Below, piece by piece: positions 1-10,405 of a stretch of DNA of 64,000 bases; positions within the stretch are counted from its first letter, which is position 1; the number at the start of each line of letters is the position of its first letter. The notes beneath the pieces were generated by a model, which did not search any database, was not told the DNA's origin, and saw only the letters and a program-made list of their open reading frames with translations. The stretch is from Syntrophales bacterium. Its GTDB lineage: Bacteria; Desulfobacterota; Syntrophia; Syntrophales; UBA2210. The position numbers and the translations under genes are program-made. The stretch spans positions 1-64,000 of the forward strand of contig CAXXKT010000002.1 of NCBI GenBank assembly GCA_963662405.2, in the 5' to 3' direction.

Positions 1-839
1 GTGAGGCACGAAGTCTGCTCTTACAGGTAACGGTCGGGTGTTCACACAACAAATGCACATTCTGCTCGACCTACAAGGGCGAGCGATTCCGGATCAAGAC
101 CTTTGAGGAAATTGAGGAGGATATCCTTGAGGCCGCCGGATATGGTTATATTGACAAGATATTTCTCTGTGATGGTGATGCCCTGATACTTCCCATGAGA
201 AAGCTGGTGCCTATTCTCGAATCCATCAAGACCCATATACGGGGTGTCCGGAGGATAGGACTTTACGCAAACGCAAAGAGCATCCTGCGTAAGACGCCGG
301 AAGAACTCGTACAGCTTCGCGAACTGGGCATAAAAATAGCGTACCTGGGCATGGAAACGGGAAACGATGACATCCTCCAGTCAATAGAAAAGGGGGCGAA
401 TTCCAGCCAGATGGTGGAGGCGGGCAGGAAGATCAAGGCGGCCGGAATCACGCTTTCCGTCACGGTTCTCTTGGGAATTGGCGGAAAGTCGCGGAGCATG
501 GATCACGCCCTGGATACGGCCCGGGTTCTGACTCAGATTGACCCTGACTATGTTGGGGCACTGACCGTGATGGTCGTTCCGGGGACCCCCCTCTACGAAG
601 AACAGATCGCGGGACGCTTTGAACTCCCCGATCAATTCGGTTTTCTCAAAGAACTCGGAGTGATGGTGGCAAACTCCGATTTTACCGACTGTTTTTTCAC
701 CTCGAACCACGCATCCAATTATTTGCCGATACGAGCATGGATGCCCCGGGAGAAGGATGATACGGTGAAGCTGATACAACGCGTTATCGAATCCTCGAAT
801 AAGCGGATGCTTCGCCCGGAGTATCTGAGAGGATTATAA
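1..839 (+). CDS. Radical SAM protein (5'-truncated by window edge)
   Basis: The frame of ORF 195-839 is open back to base 3 and reads SLLLQVTVGCSHNKCTFC, a 4Fe-4S Cys motif; it also has GxETG and SNHASNY. Confidence 0.85.
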   Translation, partial: EARSLLLQVTVGCSHNKCTFCSTYKGERFRIKTFEEIEEDILEAAGYGYIDKIFLCDGDALILPMRKLVPILESIKTHIRGVRRIGLYANAKSILRKTPEELVQLRELGIKIAYLGMETGNDDILQSIEKGANSSQMVEAGRKIKAAGITLSVTVLLGIGGKSRSMDHALDTARVLTQIDPDYVGALTVMVVPGTPLYEEQIAGRFELPDQFGFLKELGVMVANSDFTDCFFTSNHASNYLPIRAWMPREKDDTVKLIQRVIESSNKRMLRPEYLRGL

Positions 840-879
840 GAGAACAGATCGACTCTTTCGCTGGTAAGGAGGGCTCACT

Positions 880-1710
880 ATTTTTCTGGAGAGATTCAAA
901 AAGTGGATCCGCGCCCTTTTCCGGTCTGTAGCCGGGAAACAGGGTCTCACGGTGCTTGAAGAGAAGATACAATCGATTATTGATGTAGGTGAGGAAGATG
1001 GCCTCATCGACCCGCAATCGGGTGAGATGATCCAGAGTATCCTTGAGTTGCGTGAGACGGTGGCCAGAGAGGTGATGGTTCCCCGCACCGAAATTGTTGC
1101 GGTCAGCGATGAATCCACTATCGAGGATATCCTCGCCCTCATCCTGAAACACGGGCACACAAGGATGCCTTTCTACCAGGACAACATCGATAATATCGTC
1201 GGAATACTCAATGTAAAAGATCTTTTGAGGTTTTGGTCGAAACCGTTCCAGAAGGAAGATATTACCTCGATCCTGAGAAAGACATACTATATACCGGAGA
1301 CAAAGAATATCCATCTTCTCCTCCATGAGCTCAGGGAAAAAAAATCGCATATGGCCATTGTGATTGATGAGTACGGTGGAACGTCGGGTCTCGTTACCTT
1401 GGAAGACCTCATAGAGGAGATCGTTGGTGAGATCCACGACGAACATGATGTCGACGAAAATCCCTTCACGAAGCTTACCGGGGGAGATGTCTTGGCGGAC
1501 AGCAGGGTCGATATTGAGGAGTTTGAAGAGTATTTCGGCATTACCGTTCCAGACGGGCAGTTTGAAACGCTGGGGGGCTTTATCTTCTATCTGATCAAAA
1601 AGATTCCCGTTCCGGGAGAAACCCTCACCTTTGGAGATCTTACGATTACCATCGAAGCGGCTGATGAGAGAAGTATCAAAAAGTCCGGATCCAGAGAGCG
1701 GGGGAGGTGA
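880..1710 (+). CDS. corC: CBS/CorC-HlyC domain hemolysin-family transporter-associated protein
   Basis: REVMVPRT, HTRMP, DEYGGTSGLVTLEDLIEEIVGEI and TLGGF motifs. The frame is open from 868 and a strong SD (TAAGGAGG, 865-872) points to ATT at 880. The 3' end is probably affected by a frameshift near 1680. Confidence 0.85.
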   Translation: MFLERFKKWIRALFRSVAGKQGLTVLEEKIQSIIDVGEEDGLIDPQSGEMIQSILELRETVAREVMVPRTEIVAVSDESTIEDILALILKHGHTRMPFYQDNIDNIVGILNVKDLLRFWSKPFQKEDITSILRKTYYIPETKNIHLLLHELREKKSHMAIVIDEYGGTSGLVTLEDLIEEIVGEIHDEHDVDENPFTKLTGGDVLADSRVDIEEFEEYFGITVPDGQFETLGGFIFYLIKKIPVPGETLTFGDLTITIEAADERSIKKSGSRERGR

Positions 1711-1757
1711 CTTCGTCCATTGCCGGGGTGAAAAAAAAAGAAAGACGCGCAAACACG

Positions 1758-3315
1758 ATGAATAAGAAAGAGTTCCTCCTCTCTTTGGTATCCGGACTCC
1801 TCGTTTGCCTGTCCTTTCCCAAAGCAGACTTTGCTTTTCTCATATGGATCGCGCTCGTCCCGCTTTTGTATGCCATCAGGGGCAAGGATCTTCCGGGGGC
1901 CTTTCGTGTAGGATTTCTCACCGGTCTTGTCTATCACATGGTCTCATGTACTGGATCGTCTTCGTCACCGTACGGTATGGGCACCTTCCTTTCTATGCCG
2001 GCGTTTCGGTCATGCTTCTCCTGGTCATGTATCTGAGTCTTTATCCCGCCTTGTTCTGCGCGGGTGTGGCTTATTTCGCCCGGCGGAAAGTGGCCGTGGC
2101 ACTGATTGCCCCTCTCCTTTGGACCTCGCTTGAATATCTGAAATCCCATCTTCTTTCGGGGTTTCCGTGGGGCAACCTTGCCCATTCCCAGCACGGATAT
2201 CTTCCTCTGATACAGATTGCCGATATTACAGGGACTTTCGGAATCACGTTTCTGATCGTTCTGGTCAATTGTGTCATATACGATTTGCTGAACGGCCTTT
2301 TCCCCCTCCCCGGCAGAAGGAGAAACCTGCGTCTCTTCGAAACGATATCCGTGATGATTCTTTTGCTGCTCGTGTGTGGATACGGCATGGACCGTATGGC
2401 CACCTTAAACAGTGAGGAGCGGGACCTCGAGCAGGTGAATGTTATCATCGTGCAAGGCAATATCGATCAATCCATCAAGTGGACTCCTCAATACCAACAG
2501 GAAACGATCGATATATACCGGCGGTTTGTCTCTCGAGGGTGCTGCCGACGACGATGCCGAGTTGATGGTATGGCCCCGAAACTGCAGTCCCCCTTCTGTT
2601 TCCAGAACTACGATGACAAAGACCCGGGATGTCATCGATATCGCCCGGGAGACCGGGGCCTGGCTCCTCTTCGCGATCGCCGGCCTACCATCGCGGGGGA
2701 GAGGGGTGATGTCTCTTTTTACAAACAGTGCATACCTGCTAGCCCCCGGATGGCTCCGTTGCAGGCCGATATGATAAGGGAACACTTAGTCCCCTTTGGG
2801 TGAATATGTTCCTTTTGAAAAGCTCCTTTTTCTTTCTTGATAAGCTGGTCGAAGGTGCCGGAGATTTTACCCCGGGCGACGAAATCATCCCCCCTTCAAA
2901 TGGGTGAAAAGGCGATAGGACCCTTGATCTGCTACGAGGGAATATTCCCTGAGATCAGCCCGTATGCACCGATCAAGAGGCGCCGGGCTTCTTGTCAATG
3001 TAACCAACGATGCGTGGTATGGAGACAGCTCGGCCCCCTATCAGCATTTGACCATAGCGGTTTTTTCGGGCGGTTGAAAACCGTATGTGGCTGGTCCGCG
3101 CCGCAAATACCGGGATCAGTGCGATGGTGAAACGCCACCGGTGCAATCGTTTCGCGAACGGAATTATTCGAGCGAACAACCTTGAGCGGCCAGGTACGGT
3201 TTTACCCCATCACCGCAACCATTTATTCCCGGTATGGGAACATATTTGCTTGTTTCTGTGCCGGCTTTCTGTTAATTGCCTTCATAGTTTCATTGAGGAG
3301 GAAAAGCGCGCATGA
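1758..3315 (+). pseudogene. lnt: Apolipoprotein N-acyltransferase, broken by several frameshifts (probable sequencing errors)
   Basis: Lnt motifs are spread over several frames: [49 protein letters not shown]. It lies between corC and prfB. Confidence 0.8.
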
Positions 3316-4401
3316 TTGCAGATACAGTTGAAACAATACAGGATTTAAAAAAACGAATCGAGAACCTCAGGGGTTGTCTTTGACATAGATACAGCCGAAA
3401 AGAAAATAGCGGAGTTGGAAAAGGAGACCCTCAAAGAAGGATTCTGGGATGATCCCGCATCTGCCCGGGAGATCGTTAAGGAGAAAAGCAGGGCGGAGGA
3501 AACCGTACGGGGATGGCGTGACCTGGATACTGCCGTGTCCGATGTGGCGGTTCTCTTTCAGATGGCACGTGAAGAGAACGACGAGAGCATCTTGGAGGAG
3601 ATCGACCAAGACCTCATTCACCTCGAATCTTCAGTCAGAAAAGCGGAATTCAGGATGATGCTGGGGAGCGAGGAGGATCCGGGGAATGCCATCATGGCGA
3701 TTCATGCCGGGGCCGGTGGTACGGAAGCCCAGGATTGGGCTGAGATGCTGCTCCGCATGTATCTGAGGTGGTCCGAGCAAAAGGGATTTGAAACGAAGAT
3801 CATCGATTTCCAACCGGGAGATGAGGCCGGGATCAAGAGCGTGACGATAACGGTTGAAGGACGATATGCATACGGATATGCCAAAGCGGAGATCGGCATA
3901 CACCGGCTTGTGCGTATATCCCCTTTTGATACCGGTAAGAGAAGACACACATCATTTGCGTCGGTCTTCGTCTATCCGGAAGTCTCCGACGATATCGATA
4001 TTGAAATCAATGAAAGTGACCTGCGGATAGATACCTACCGGTCAAGCGGAGCGGGGGGGCAACATGTCAATAAGACCGATTCCGCGGTCAGGATTACCCA
4101 TCTGCCGACTGGAATCGTGGTTCAATGCCAAAATGAGAGATCCCAGCATAAGAACAGGGCCATGGCCTTGAAAGTGCTGCGATCACGCCTTTATGAAGAT
4201 GAAATTCGCAAGAAGGCCGAGGAACTGGACGAGGTCCACAAGACAAAGAAACAGATAGCATGGGGCAGCCAGATCCGATCCTATGTTCTCCACCCCTACA
4301 AAATGGTCAAAGACCACCGAACAAACATAGAGGTGGGAAATGTCGACAGGATCCTGGATGGTGATATAGATGACCTGATCGAGGCATACCTGATAAGCTG
4401 A
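3312..4401 (+). CDS. prfB: Peptide chain release factor 2 with programmed +1 frameshift
   Basis: ATG 3312 leads to AGGGG-TTGT-CTT-TGA-C at 3369-3384; the +1 frame joins ORF 3415-4401, which has SPF and GGQ motifs. Confidence 0.97.
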
Positions 4402-4522
4402 TTCCGGCAGGGGATCGGACCTGCTTATTGGTTGCTCATTTCCTTTTCGTTCAAACAGTTCAAACGGGATTTACAATCATGAAGGGGGTAGATGTGACAC
4501 TATATCCGGAGAGGGTTCTTGT

Positions 4523-6385
4523 ATGTCGGTATTAATGCGGTTGATGGTAACAGCCTTTCTTTTTCTGTTTCTTTTTTCATGTGTTCCACTGGACAAAGCG
4601 ATCCTTTTGCCGCCCCCGGAACCGGTGACGCCGGAACCGGTGACGCAGAGAGATGATCCCCTCTCGACACACCGTGATGACCCAAAGCATACGATTGATC
4701 CCCTCGTGGAGCCTGAATCGCAAAAGGATCCCCAAGCCCTACCCCAAACGGGGAGTGAGCCTCCCCAGGAATCCCTTTCAGAGGCACCACCCTCTGATTC
4801 TGCAGTAAACGGGGAAGAGGGAAACGACAAACAGACTACCCAGAACAACGGGCAGGCAATTATGGATGAGGCCCTCGATTTCTTGGAACAGGCCCAGCTG
4901 CTCTGGGAAAAGGGAGAGCCGGATAATGCCCTGAAGCTCCTTGATGAGGCCTATTCCCTTCTCCTGGATGTCAACGGCGACCCCGAGATTGCCTGGCAAA
5001 AAGACGATCTGCGCATAATGACAGCGAAAAAGATTGTGGAGATTTATACATCCCGAAGCCATGTCGCAGCGGGGTATCAGAGTGAAATCCCCCTCGTGAT
5101 TAATGAAGATGTCGAAGCAGCCATTAGACGCTTCCAAGGTTCAGAACGGAACTTTTTTCTCTCTTCATATAAACGATCGGGGAAGTATCGTCCCATGATG
5201 CTCCGCCAACTTATAGATGCAGGTCTTCCCGAAGAACTGTCTTGGCTGCCCCTCGTCGAAAGCGGTTTCAAGATAAAGGCACTCTCGAAGGCCCGTGCGC
5301 TCGGGCTGTGGCAGATCATACCGTCAACCGGTTATCGATATGGACTCAAACGAGACCTGTGGATCGATGAACGGATGGACCCGGAGAAATCGACTCAGGC
5401 GGCGATTGCCTATCTGAAAGAACTCCATGGGATATTCGGAGACTGGCTCACGGTTCTCGCGGCATACAACTGCGGAGAGGGAAGGGTGCTCAAGGCCATA
5501 TCCCGCCAACAGATGAACTACCTTGACAACTTTTGGGATCTGTATCGGCAGCTCCCCTTTGAGACGTCAAACTACGTCCCGCGCTTCCTCGCGACGTTGC
5601 ACATCATCAGAAACCCCGAAAAGTATGGGTTTGATTTGACCTGTACTCAGGAAACACCGCTCTCCTTCGATACGGTCAAGGTGGAAAAGAGTGTGAGGCT
5701 CGCGGATGTTGAAAGGATGCTTGAAATACCAAAGAAAACGTTGGAAGTCCTCAATGCGGAACTCCGCTATAAGACGACCCCGCAATCATATGACTTGAAG
5801 ATCCCGACAGGGATGACCGAGCAATTTGTCTCGATAATAGACAAGGTCACGACAGCGAAAAAACCGGGGGGTCCCCAGTATTTACGCTATAAGGTCAAAA
5901 AAGGCGATACCCTTTCCGTCCTTGCACGGAGATATAAAAGTTCGGTGAATGCAATTTTAGCTGCGAATCGCCTTACCAGTAAACATCGTATCAGGGCGGG
6001 CAAGTGGATCAAGATTCCTTCTCGCGGATATGTCTACGCGGAAAGCCGCAGCACCCCTCGCCTGCACGGTGGTGAGGTGGCAACGTATCAGGTAAAAAAA
6101 GGGGATTCCCTCTGGTTGATTGCAAAGCGCTTCGGCACCACTATCTCGGAAATCAAGCGGTTAAATAGTCTGCACAGTAATGACTTGAGTATCGCACAAA
6201 TGCTCAAGGTCCGGGCGAACGTGGAGGGTGATACGGGATCGTCGAAGACGTATATAGTGCGGAGTGGCGATAGCCTCTCCACCATAGCTCAGAGGCACGG
6301 AGTCGATATCGATAGCCTCGTAAGACTGAACAAGATCAGTGCACGATCCGTGATACATCCCGGGCAAGTGATCGTAATACGATAA
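4523..6385 (+). CDS. mltD: Membrane-bound lytic murein transglycosylase D-like lipoprotein (SLT plus 3 LysM)
   Basis: Lipobox-like LFSC, catalytic LVES, GLWQ, AAYNCGEG, ETSNYV, and three LysM repeats (YxVKxGDT/SL). Confidence 0.88.
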   Translation: MSVLMRLMVTAFLFLFLFSCVPLDKAILLPPPEPVTPEPVTQRDDPLSTHRDDPKHTIDPLVEPESQKDPQALPQTGSEPPQESLSEAPPSDSAVNGEEGNDKQTTQNNGQAIMDEALDFLEQAQLLWEKGEPDNALKLLDEAYSLLLDVNGDPEIAWQKDDLRIMTAKKIVEIYTSRSHVAAGYQSEIPLVINEDVEAAIRRFQGSERNFFLSSYKRSGKYRPMMLRQLIDAGLPEELSWLPLVESGFKIKALSKARALGLWQIIPSTGYRYGLKRDLWIDERMDPEKSTQAAIAYLKELHGIFGDWLTVLAAYNCGEGRVLKAISRQQMNYLDNFWDLYRQLPFETSNYVPRFLATLHIIRNPEKYGFDLTCTQETPLSFDTVKVEKSVRLADVERMLEIPKKTLEVLNAELRYKTTPQSYDLKIPTGMTEQFVSIIDKVTTAKKPGGPQYLRYKVKKGDTLSVLARRYKSSVNAILAANRLTSKHRIRAGKWIKIPSRGYVYAESRSTPRLHGGEVATYQVKKGDSLWLIAKRFGTTISEIKRLNSLHSNDLSIAQMLKVRANVEGDTGSSKTYIVRSGDSLSTIAQRHGVDIDSLVRLNKISARSVIHPGQVIVIR

Positions 6386-6485
6386 GGAAAACAATCAGAT
6401 TTGGAAAATGCGTCATTTCAACCCGAGGGAGCCCAGGCACCCCTCCGGTTGCATGCGAAAGACTGCTTAAGTGATTCGACTGGGG

Positions 6486-6932
6486 TTACTCCAAGTCATA
6501 ATCTTTCAGTGCAAAGAAGATCTCTTTTTCTTTCCCGCTCATCTGCTCTGCCTCACCCGGTAGTTCATGATCGTAACCCAAGAGGTGGAGGACCCCATGG
6601 ATCATCAGGTAATCGATCTCATCATGGAGGGATAGATCTCCGCCTTTCGCGTCGCGCAGGGCCGTTTCCGCCGATATGACGATATCTCCGAGCAGGGGGG
6701 CGTTAATATCGCCGAACTCCCCTTCGTTCATGGAGAAGGCGATAACATTTGTCGGGTAATCCCGCCCCAAATATTCCCGGTTGATACCGGAAATTATTTC
6801 ATCGTCGACAATGGTCAGGCTGACCTCCCGGTTTTCCTCCCCGAGGGCTTTGAGAATCAAGCCCAGTGAGCGTTTGATTTGCACCAGATCAATCTCGATC
6901 GTTTGTTGTCTGTTAGTTGCCAAGATATTCAT
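6486..6932 (-). CDS. ybeY: rRNA maturation endoribonuclease YbeY
   Basis: HGVLHLLGYDH motif; PTNVIAF. Confidence 0.95.
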   Translation of the reverse strand: MNILATNRQQTIEIDLVQIKRSLGLILKALGEENREVSLTIVDDEIISGINREYLGRDYPTNVIAFSMNEGEFGDINAPLLGDIVISAETALRDAKGGDLSLHDEIDYLMIHGVLHLLGYDHELPGEAEQMSGKEKEIFFALKDYDLE

Positions 6933-6948
6933 ATATATACCCTATCTC

Positions 6949-9219
6949 TCATGTCGAAGACTGATGGTATTCTATCCGACGGTGAAAAATGCCGGTCAGT
7001 ATCCGTGTAAATGTTTCGGCAATCTTTCTGAGATCGCGAAACGTCAACTCTGAGTCGTCAAGCTGCCCTTCTTCCACGACCTGTTGGATTCGGGTATTGA
7101 CCAGGTTTTTTATCCGAGCGGGAGTCGGATTGGTCAATGTTCGTGACGATGCTTCTATGATATCTCCCAGAAGGACGAGACCGGCCTCTTTCTTCTGAGG
7201 TTTTGGCCCGGGATATCGAAAGTCATCCTCGAGGATTGGCTGCCCGGAGGTCGTCTTGGTTTGTTTTTTTGCTTTTTCGTAAAAGTAGGTTACGAGGCCC
7301 GTGCCATGATGTTGCCGTATGATATCAGTTATTGCTTTCCCGAGATTATGCTCCTTGGCCAGTTCACACCCATCCTTGACGTGAGAGATAATAACGAGAC
7401 TGCTCATCTGAGGAGATAAATCATCATGGCGGTTTTTCCAGTTTGGTTGATTTTCTATGAAATAGAGAGGTTTTTTGATTTTACCGATATCATGGTAATA
7501 GGCACTAACCTTCGCCAGGAGTGAATTTGCCCCGATTTCCTCAGCCGCCGCTTCAACGAGAGAGGCAACGATAACGCTGTGATGATAAGTGCCCGGCGCC
7601 GTCATAAGGAGTTCCTGAAAGATCGGTTGGTTGAGGTTTGCGAGTTCCATGAGCTTGATATCGGTCATATAACCGAAGAGGAATTCAAAGAGAGGAACGA
7701 GACCGGATACAATAAATCCCGACAAAAGGCCACCAAGGATTCCCATGACCAGTTGTATCGGGGTCTCAATTGACAAGGGGCTTCCGGAAAGCAAAGAGAG
7801 ACAGAGGATAGCCCCCATATTAACCATCCCCACGACCAGCCCTGTTTTTAAAAAGGCCGAGCGCCGTTCGCAGCGGATGATGAAGTGTGCCGCGATTACG
7901 CTTCCCACGAGGGAAAACAGGAACATCGGTGTTTTCCCGTCAAAGATGAAAGTCGCCATAATTGAGGAAAAGACCGCGAATATCAAACCTTCATTTCTCC
8001 CGATAAGGATGGCGACGAGCATTGCCCCCATGGTGAAAGGTATGGCATATAAACAAGGAGATGCGGGAATAAGCTGATAACTCCGATCTATTGAGTCGCA
8101 GATGAATATCCCCGCCTTGACCAGGATCACTTGAAGGATAATCACAATACCCATAAACAGGATGTCCGTCACCACCGTCTTCGTCGAGCGAAAGCGCACA
8201 CTGGCCATTCGGTAAAAGATGACCGATAGGAGTACTATCGTCAGAAAAATTCCCGAGAAGACAGAGGCACTGATCAAACGGCTCCCTTCTTTTCCTTGGT
8301 AAAACGCATCCAGTTTATCAAGCTCGACCGGGGTAATCTTTTCTCCTGCTCGAATGATCATCTCGTTCTTCTGAACTTCGTACAGGACCGGCTTAATCTG
8401 GTCGGAAACCGCTTGTTTCCTCTTTTCTGTAGCATTATTGGCGAAGGTGAGATTGGGGCGCATGGTCTTTTGTGCTAATGAGAGAAGGAGCTTGTCCGGC
8501 TTATGGGTGTTGAACAAGGCCGCCGCGTTTTTTCGGAGACGATCACTGACCTGCTCTCGGTACAGGACGGATGTTATGTCCTTCAGCTCTCGTTCCTCCT
8601 GATTTCGTATTTCCCGTATTGTTATGCCCCTTTCCCTGTGAAGATCCAAGGCATCCTTATCGCCGATCAAGACATCACCGTATGTGCAATAGATAAGGCG
8701 CACTATATGGGTACATAGATCAATCGGGAAGCCTCGTCTGGAAAGCTCGACAAATTCGCTGTTGGTTAAAGATATGCCGGATGCATCTTCGAAGGTTTTC
8801 TTTGCCTTTTCGCCGGACTCTTTTCCCATGGCGATCGCGGGATTCTTTGGATGGTACCCATCCACGGCGAGAAATGCCTTCGAGAGGGCAATGCCGATCT
8901 TTGCGGGCATGTCACTGTCAAAGTCATAGATGGCCTGCGTTGCTTCTATGGCGGCATTTCTCTTCTGTTCCGTTGATGCCCGGTCAATCACGAGGAAATT
9001 GCGATCCGCCTGGATGTCCTTTGTTATGATCATTCCCACCTCATATGCCGGCGGTGCGATATGGAGGATCTGGGGATAGAGTATGAGGGTGAGAATAAGC
9101 CCGACACCGATCGCTATGCCGCTTTTCTCGGAAAAGAGATCGCTTAGGAAACGATCCATCCACTTGCGACGCGGATCTCCGTTGGTGGTTCCATTCTGAG
9201 GGGGTGTTTTGGTAGCCAT
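6949..9219 (-). CDS. 7TM-HD family phosphohydrolase (PgpH-like)
   Basis: Extracellular domain, several TM helices, APGTYHHS, YYHDIGK, HHGT, YPGPKPQ; lies between phoH and ybeY. Confidence 0.9.
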   Translation of the reverse strand: MATKTPPQNGTTNGDPRRKWMDRFLSDLFSEKSGIAIGVGLILTLILYPQILHIAPPAYEVGMIITKDIQADRNFLVIDRASTEQKRNAAIEATQAIYDFDSDMPAKIGIALSKAFLAVDGYHPKNPAIAMGKESGEKAKKTFEDASGISLTNSEFVELSRRGFPIDLCTHIVRLIYCTYGDVLIGDKDALDLHRERGITIREIRNQEERELKDITSVLYREQVSDRLRKNAAALFNTHKPDKLLLSLAQKTMRPNLTFANNATEKRKQAVSDQIKPVLYEVQKNEMIIRAGEKITPVELDKLDAFYQGKEGSRLISASVFSGIFLTIVLLSVIFYRMASVRFRSTKTVVTDILFMGIVIILQVILVKAGIFICDSIDRSYQLIPASPCLYAIPFTMGAMLVAILIGRNEGLIFAVFSSIMATFIFDGKTPMFLFSLVGSVIAAHFIIRCERRSAFLKTGLVVGMVNMGAILCLSLLSGSPLSIETPIQLVMGILGGLLSGFIVSGLVPLFEFLFGYMTDIKLMELANLNQPIFQELLMTAPGTYHHSVIVASLVEAAAEEIGANSLLAKVSAYYHDIGKIKKPLYFIENQPNWKNRHDDLSPQMSSLVIISHVKDGCELAKEHNLGKAITDIIRQHHGTGLVTYFYEKAKKQTKTTSGQPILEDDFRYPGPKPQKKEAGLVLLGDIIEASSRTLTNPTPARIKNLVNTRIQQVVEEGQLDDSELTFRDLRKIAETFTRILTGIFHRRIEYHQSST

Positions 9220-9234
9220 GGGTTCGTGTAATGG

Positions 9235-10230
9235 TTACTTTGCGCCCATCGGTTCTCTGCCGCCGAGATGGTTGTAGGCACGTATAATCGCCTGGACGAG
9301 ACGGTGTCTTACCACATCTATCTCTGAAAAGTAAACAAAACGAATATCCTCGATTCCCTGTAAGAGAGATTCCACCTCTACAAGCCCCGATATCCTGTCG
9401 GGGGGGAGGTCGGTCTGGGTCACATCCCCGGTTATAACGGCCTTTGAACCGAATCCGAGCCGTGTGAGAAACATCTTCATTTGTTCTGAAGAGGTGTTCT
9501 GCGCCTCATCCAGGATAACGAAGGCATCATTCAGGGTTCTCCCCCTCATAAAGGCGAGAGGGGCTACTTCAATGATACCTTTCTCGATTAATGCAGAGGC
9601 CCTTCCAAAATCCATCATGTCGTACAGGGCATCGTACACCGGTCTCAGATAGGGATTAACTTTTTCAGAAAGGTCGCCCGGCAGGAACCCCAGCCGTTCT
9701 CCCGCTTCCACCGCGGGTCTTGTCAGGATAATCCGGCTCACGCTCTTTTCGAGGAGCGCTCCGACCGCCATGGCCATGGCGAGATATGTCTTCCCGGTCC
9801 CTGCGGGTCCTATTCCGAATACAATATCATAATCTCGCATGGAATCGATATACTGCTTTTGAGCGATACTCTTTGGCGTGATGACCCTCTTTTTCGTGGA
9901 AATGAAGACGGTATCGAGAAATATCGCCTCCAAGTCGGCAGAATGGTTTCTCGATAAGATACGATGTGCGTAATCGATGTCGTTTGAATAGACGGGATAG
10001 CCCTTTTCAATAAGACCATACAGCTGCGACAGGAGGTTCTTGATAAGGGTGCAGTCGTGCACACCTCCCGATATGGATATCGTGGATCCTCTGGTATTGA
10101 GTTTCACCCGTCCCAGTTTCTCGACGACCTTGCGATTCTTGTCCTGCTCTCCAAGAAGAGTCTTCAGCTTATCATTGTCCGGGAAGTGTATCTTGGTGAC
10201 GGAGAGATCTTGAGGGTTTCTTTTCTCCAA
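9235..10230 (-). CDS. phoH: PhoH family ATPase
   Basis: GPAGTGKT, RPAVEAGERLGFLPG, MRGRT, DEAQN, VVRH. Confidence 0.95.
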   Translation of the reverse strand: MEKRNPQDLSVTKIHFPDNDKLKTLLGEQDKNRKVVEKLGRVKLNTRGSTISISGGVHDCTLIKNLLSQLYGLIEKGYPVYSNDIDYAHRILSRNHSADLEAIFLDTVFISTKKRVITPKSIAQKQYIDSMRDYDIVFGIGPAGTGKTYLAMAMAVGALLEKSVSRIILTRPAVEAGERLGFLPGDLSEKVNPYLRPVYDALYDMMDFGRASALIEKGIIEVAPLAFMRGRTLNDAFVILDEAQNTSSEQMKMFLTRLGFGSKAVITGDVTQTDLPPDRISGLVEVESLLQGIEDIRFVYFSEIDVVRHRLVQAIIRAYNHLGGREPMGAK

Positions 10231-10405
10231 ATAGCGTATAACCTACCCACGTAGTGACCTCCTTATACCATACCTTCACACGATCGCCAACAGCTATTGT
10301 TTTTTTCAATCCCTCATATGGTTCGTTTAAACGGTTGACAGGGATACCCGATTTACACCACAATAACAGCTGGTGCTGAATTTCCAAGAAAGGGAGGCCC
10401 GTACA

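Noticed and set aside
1680..3315. Dense frameshifts in the corC 3' end and lnt, read as true gene decay, phase variation or a corC-lnt fusion
   Set aside because: There are many single-base indels, often in short homopolymers, in a normally essential gene with intact motifs. A low-quality consensus is the simpler explanation; it needs a read check.
4616..4646. 15-bp tandem duplication in mltD, and the GAGATCCGGA repeats at 11618-11644
   Set aside because: These are a short linker duplication (PEPVT twice) and a short intergenic repeat, with no sign of function.
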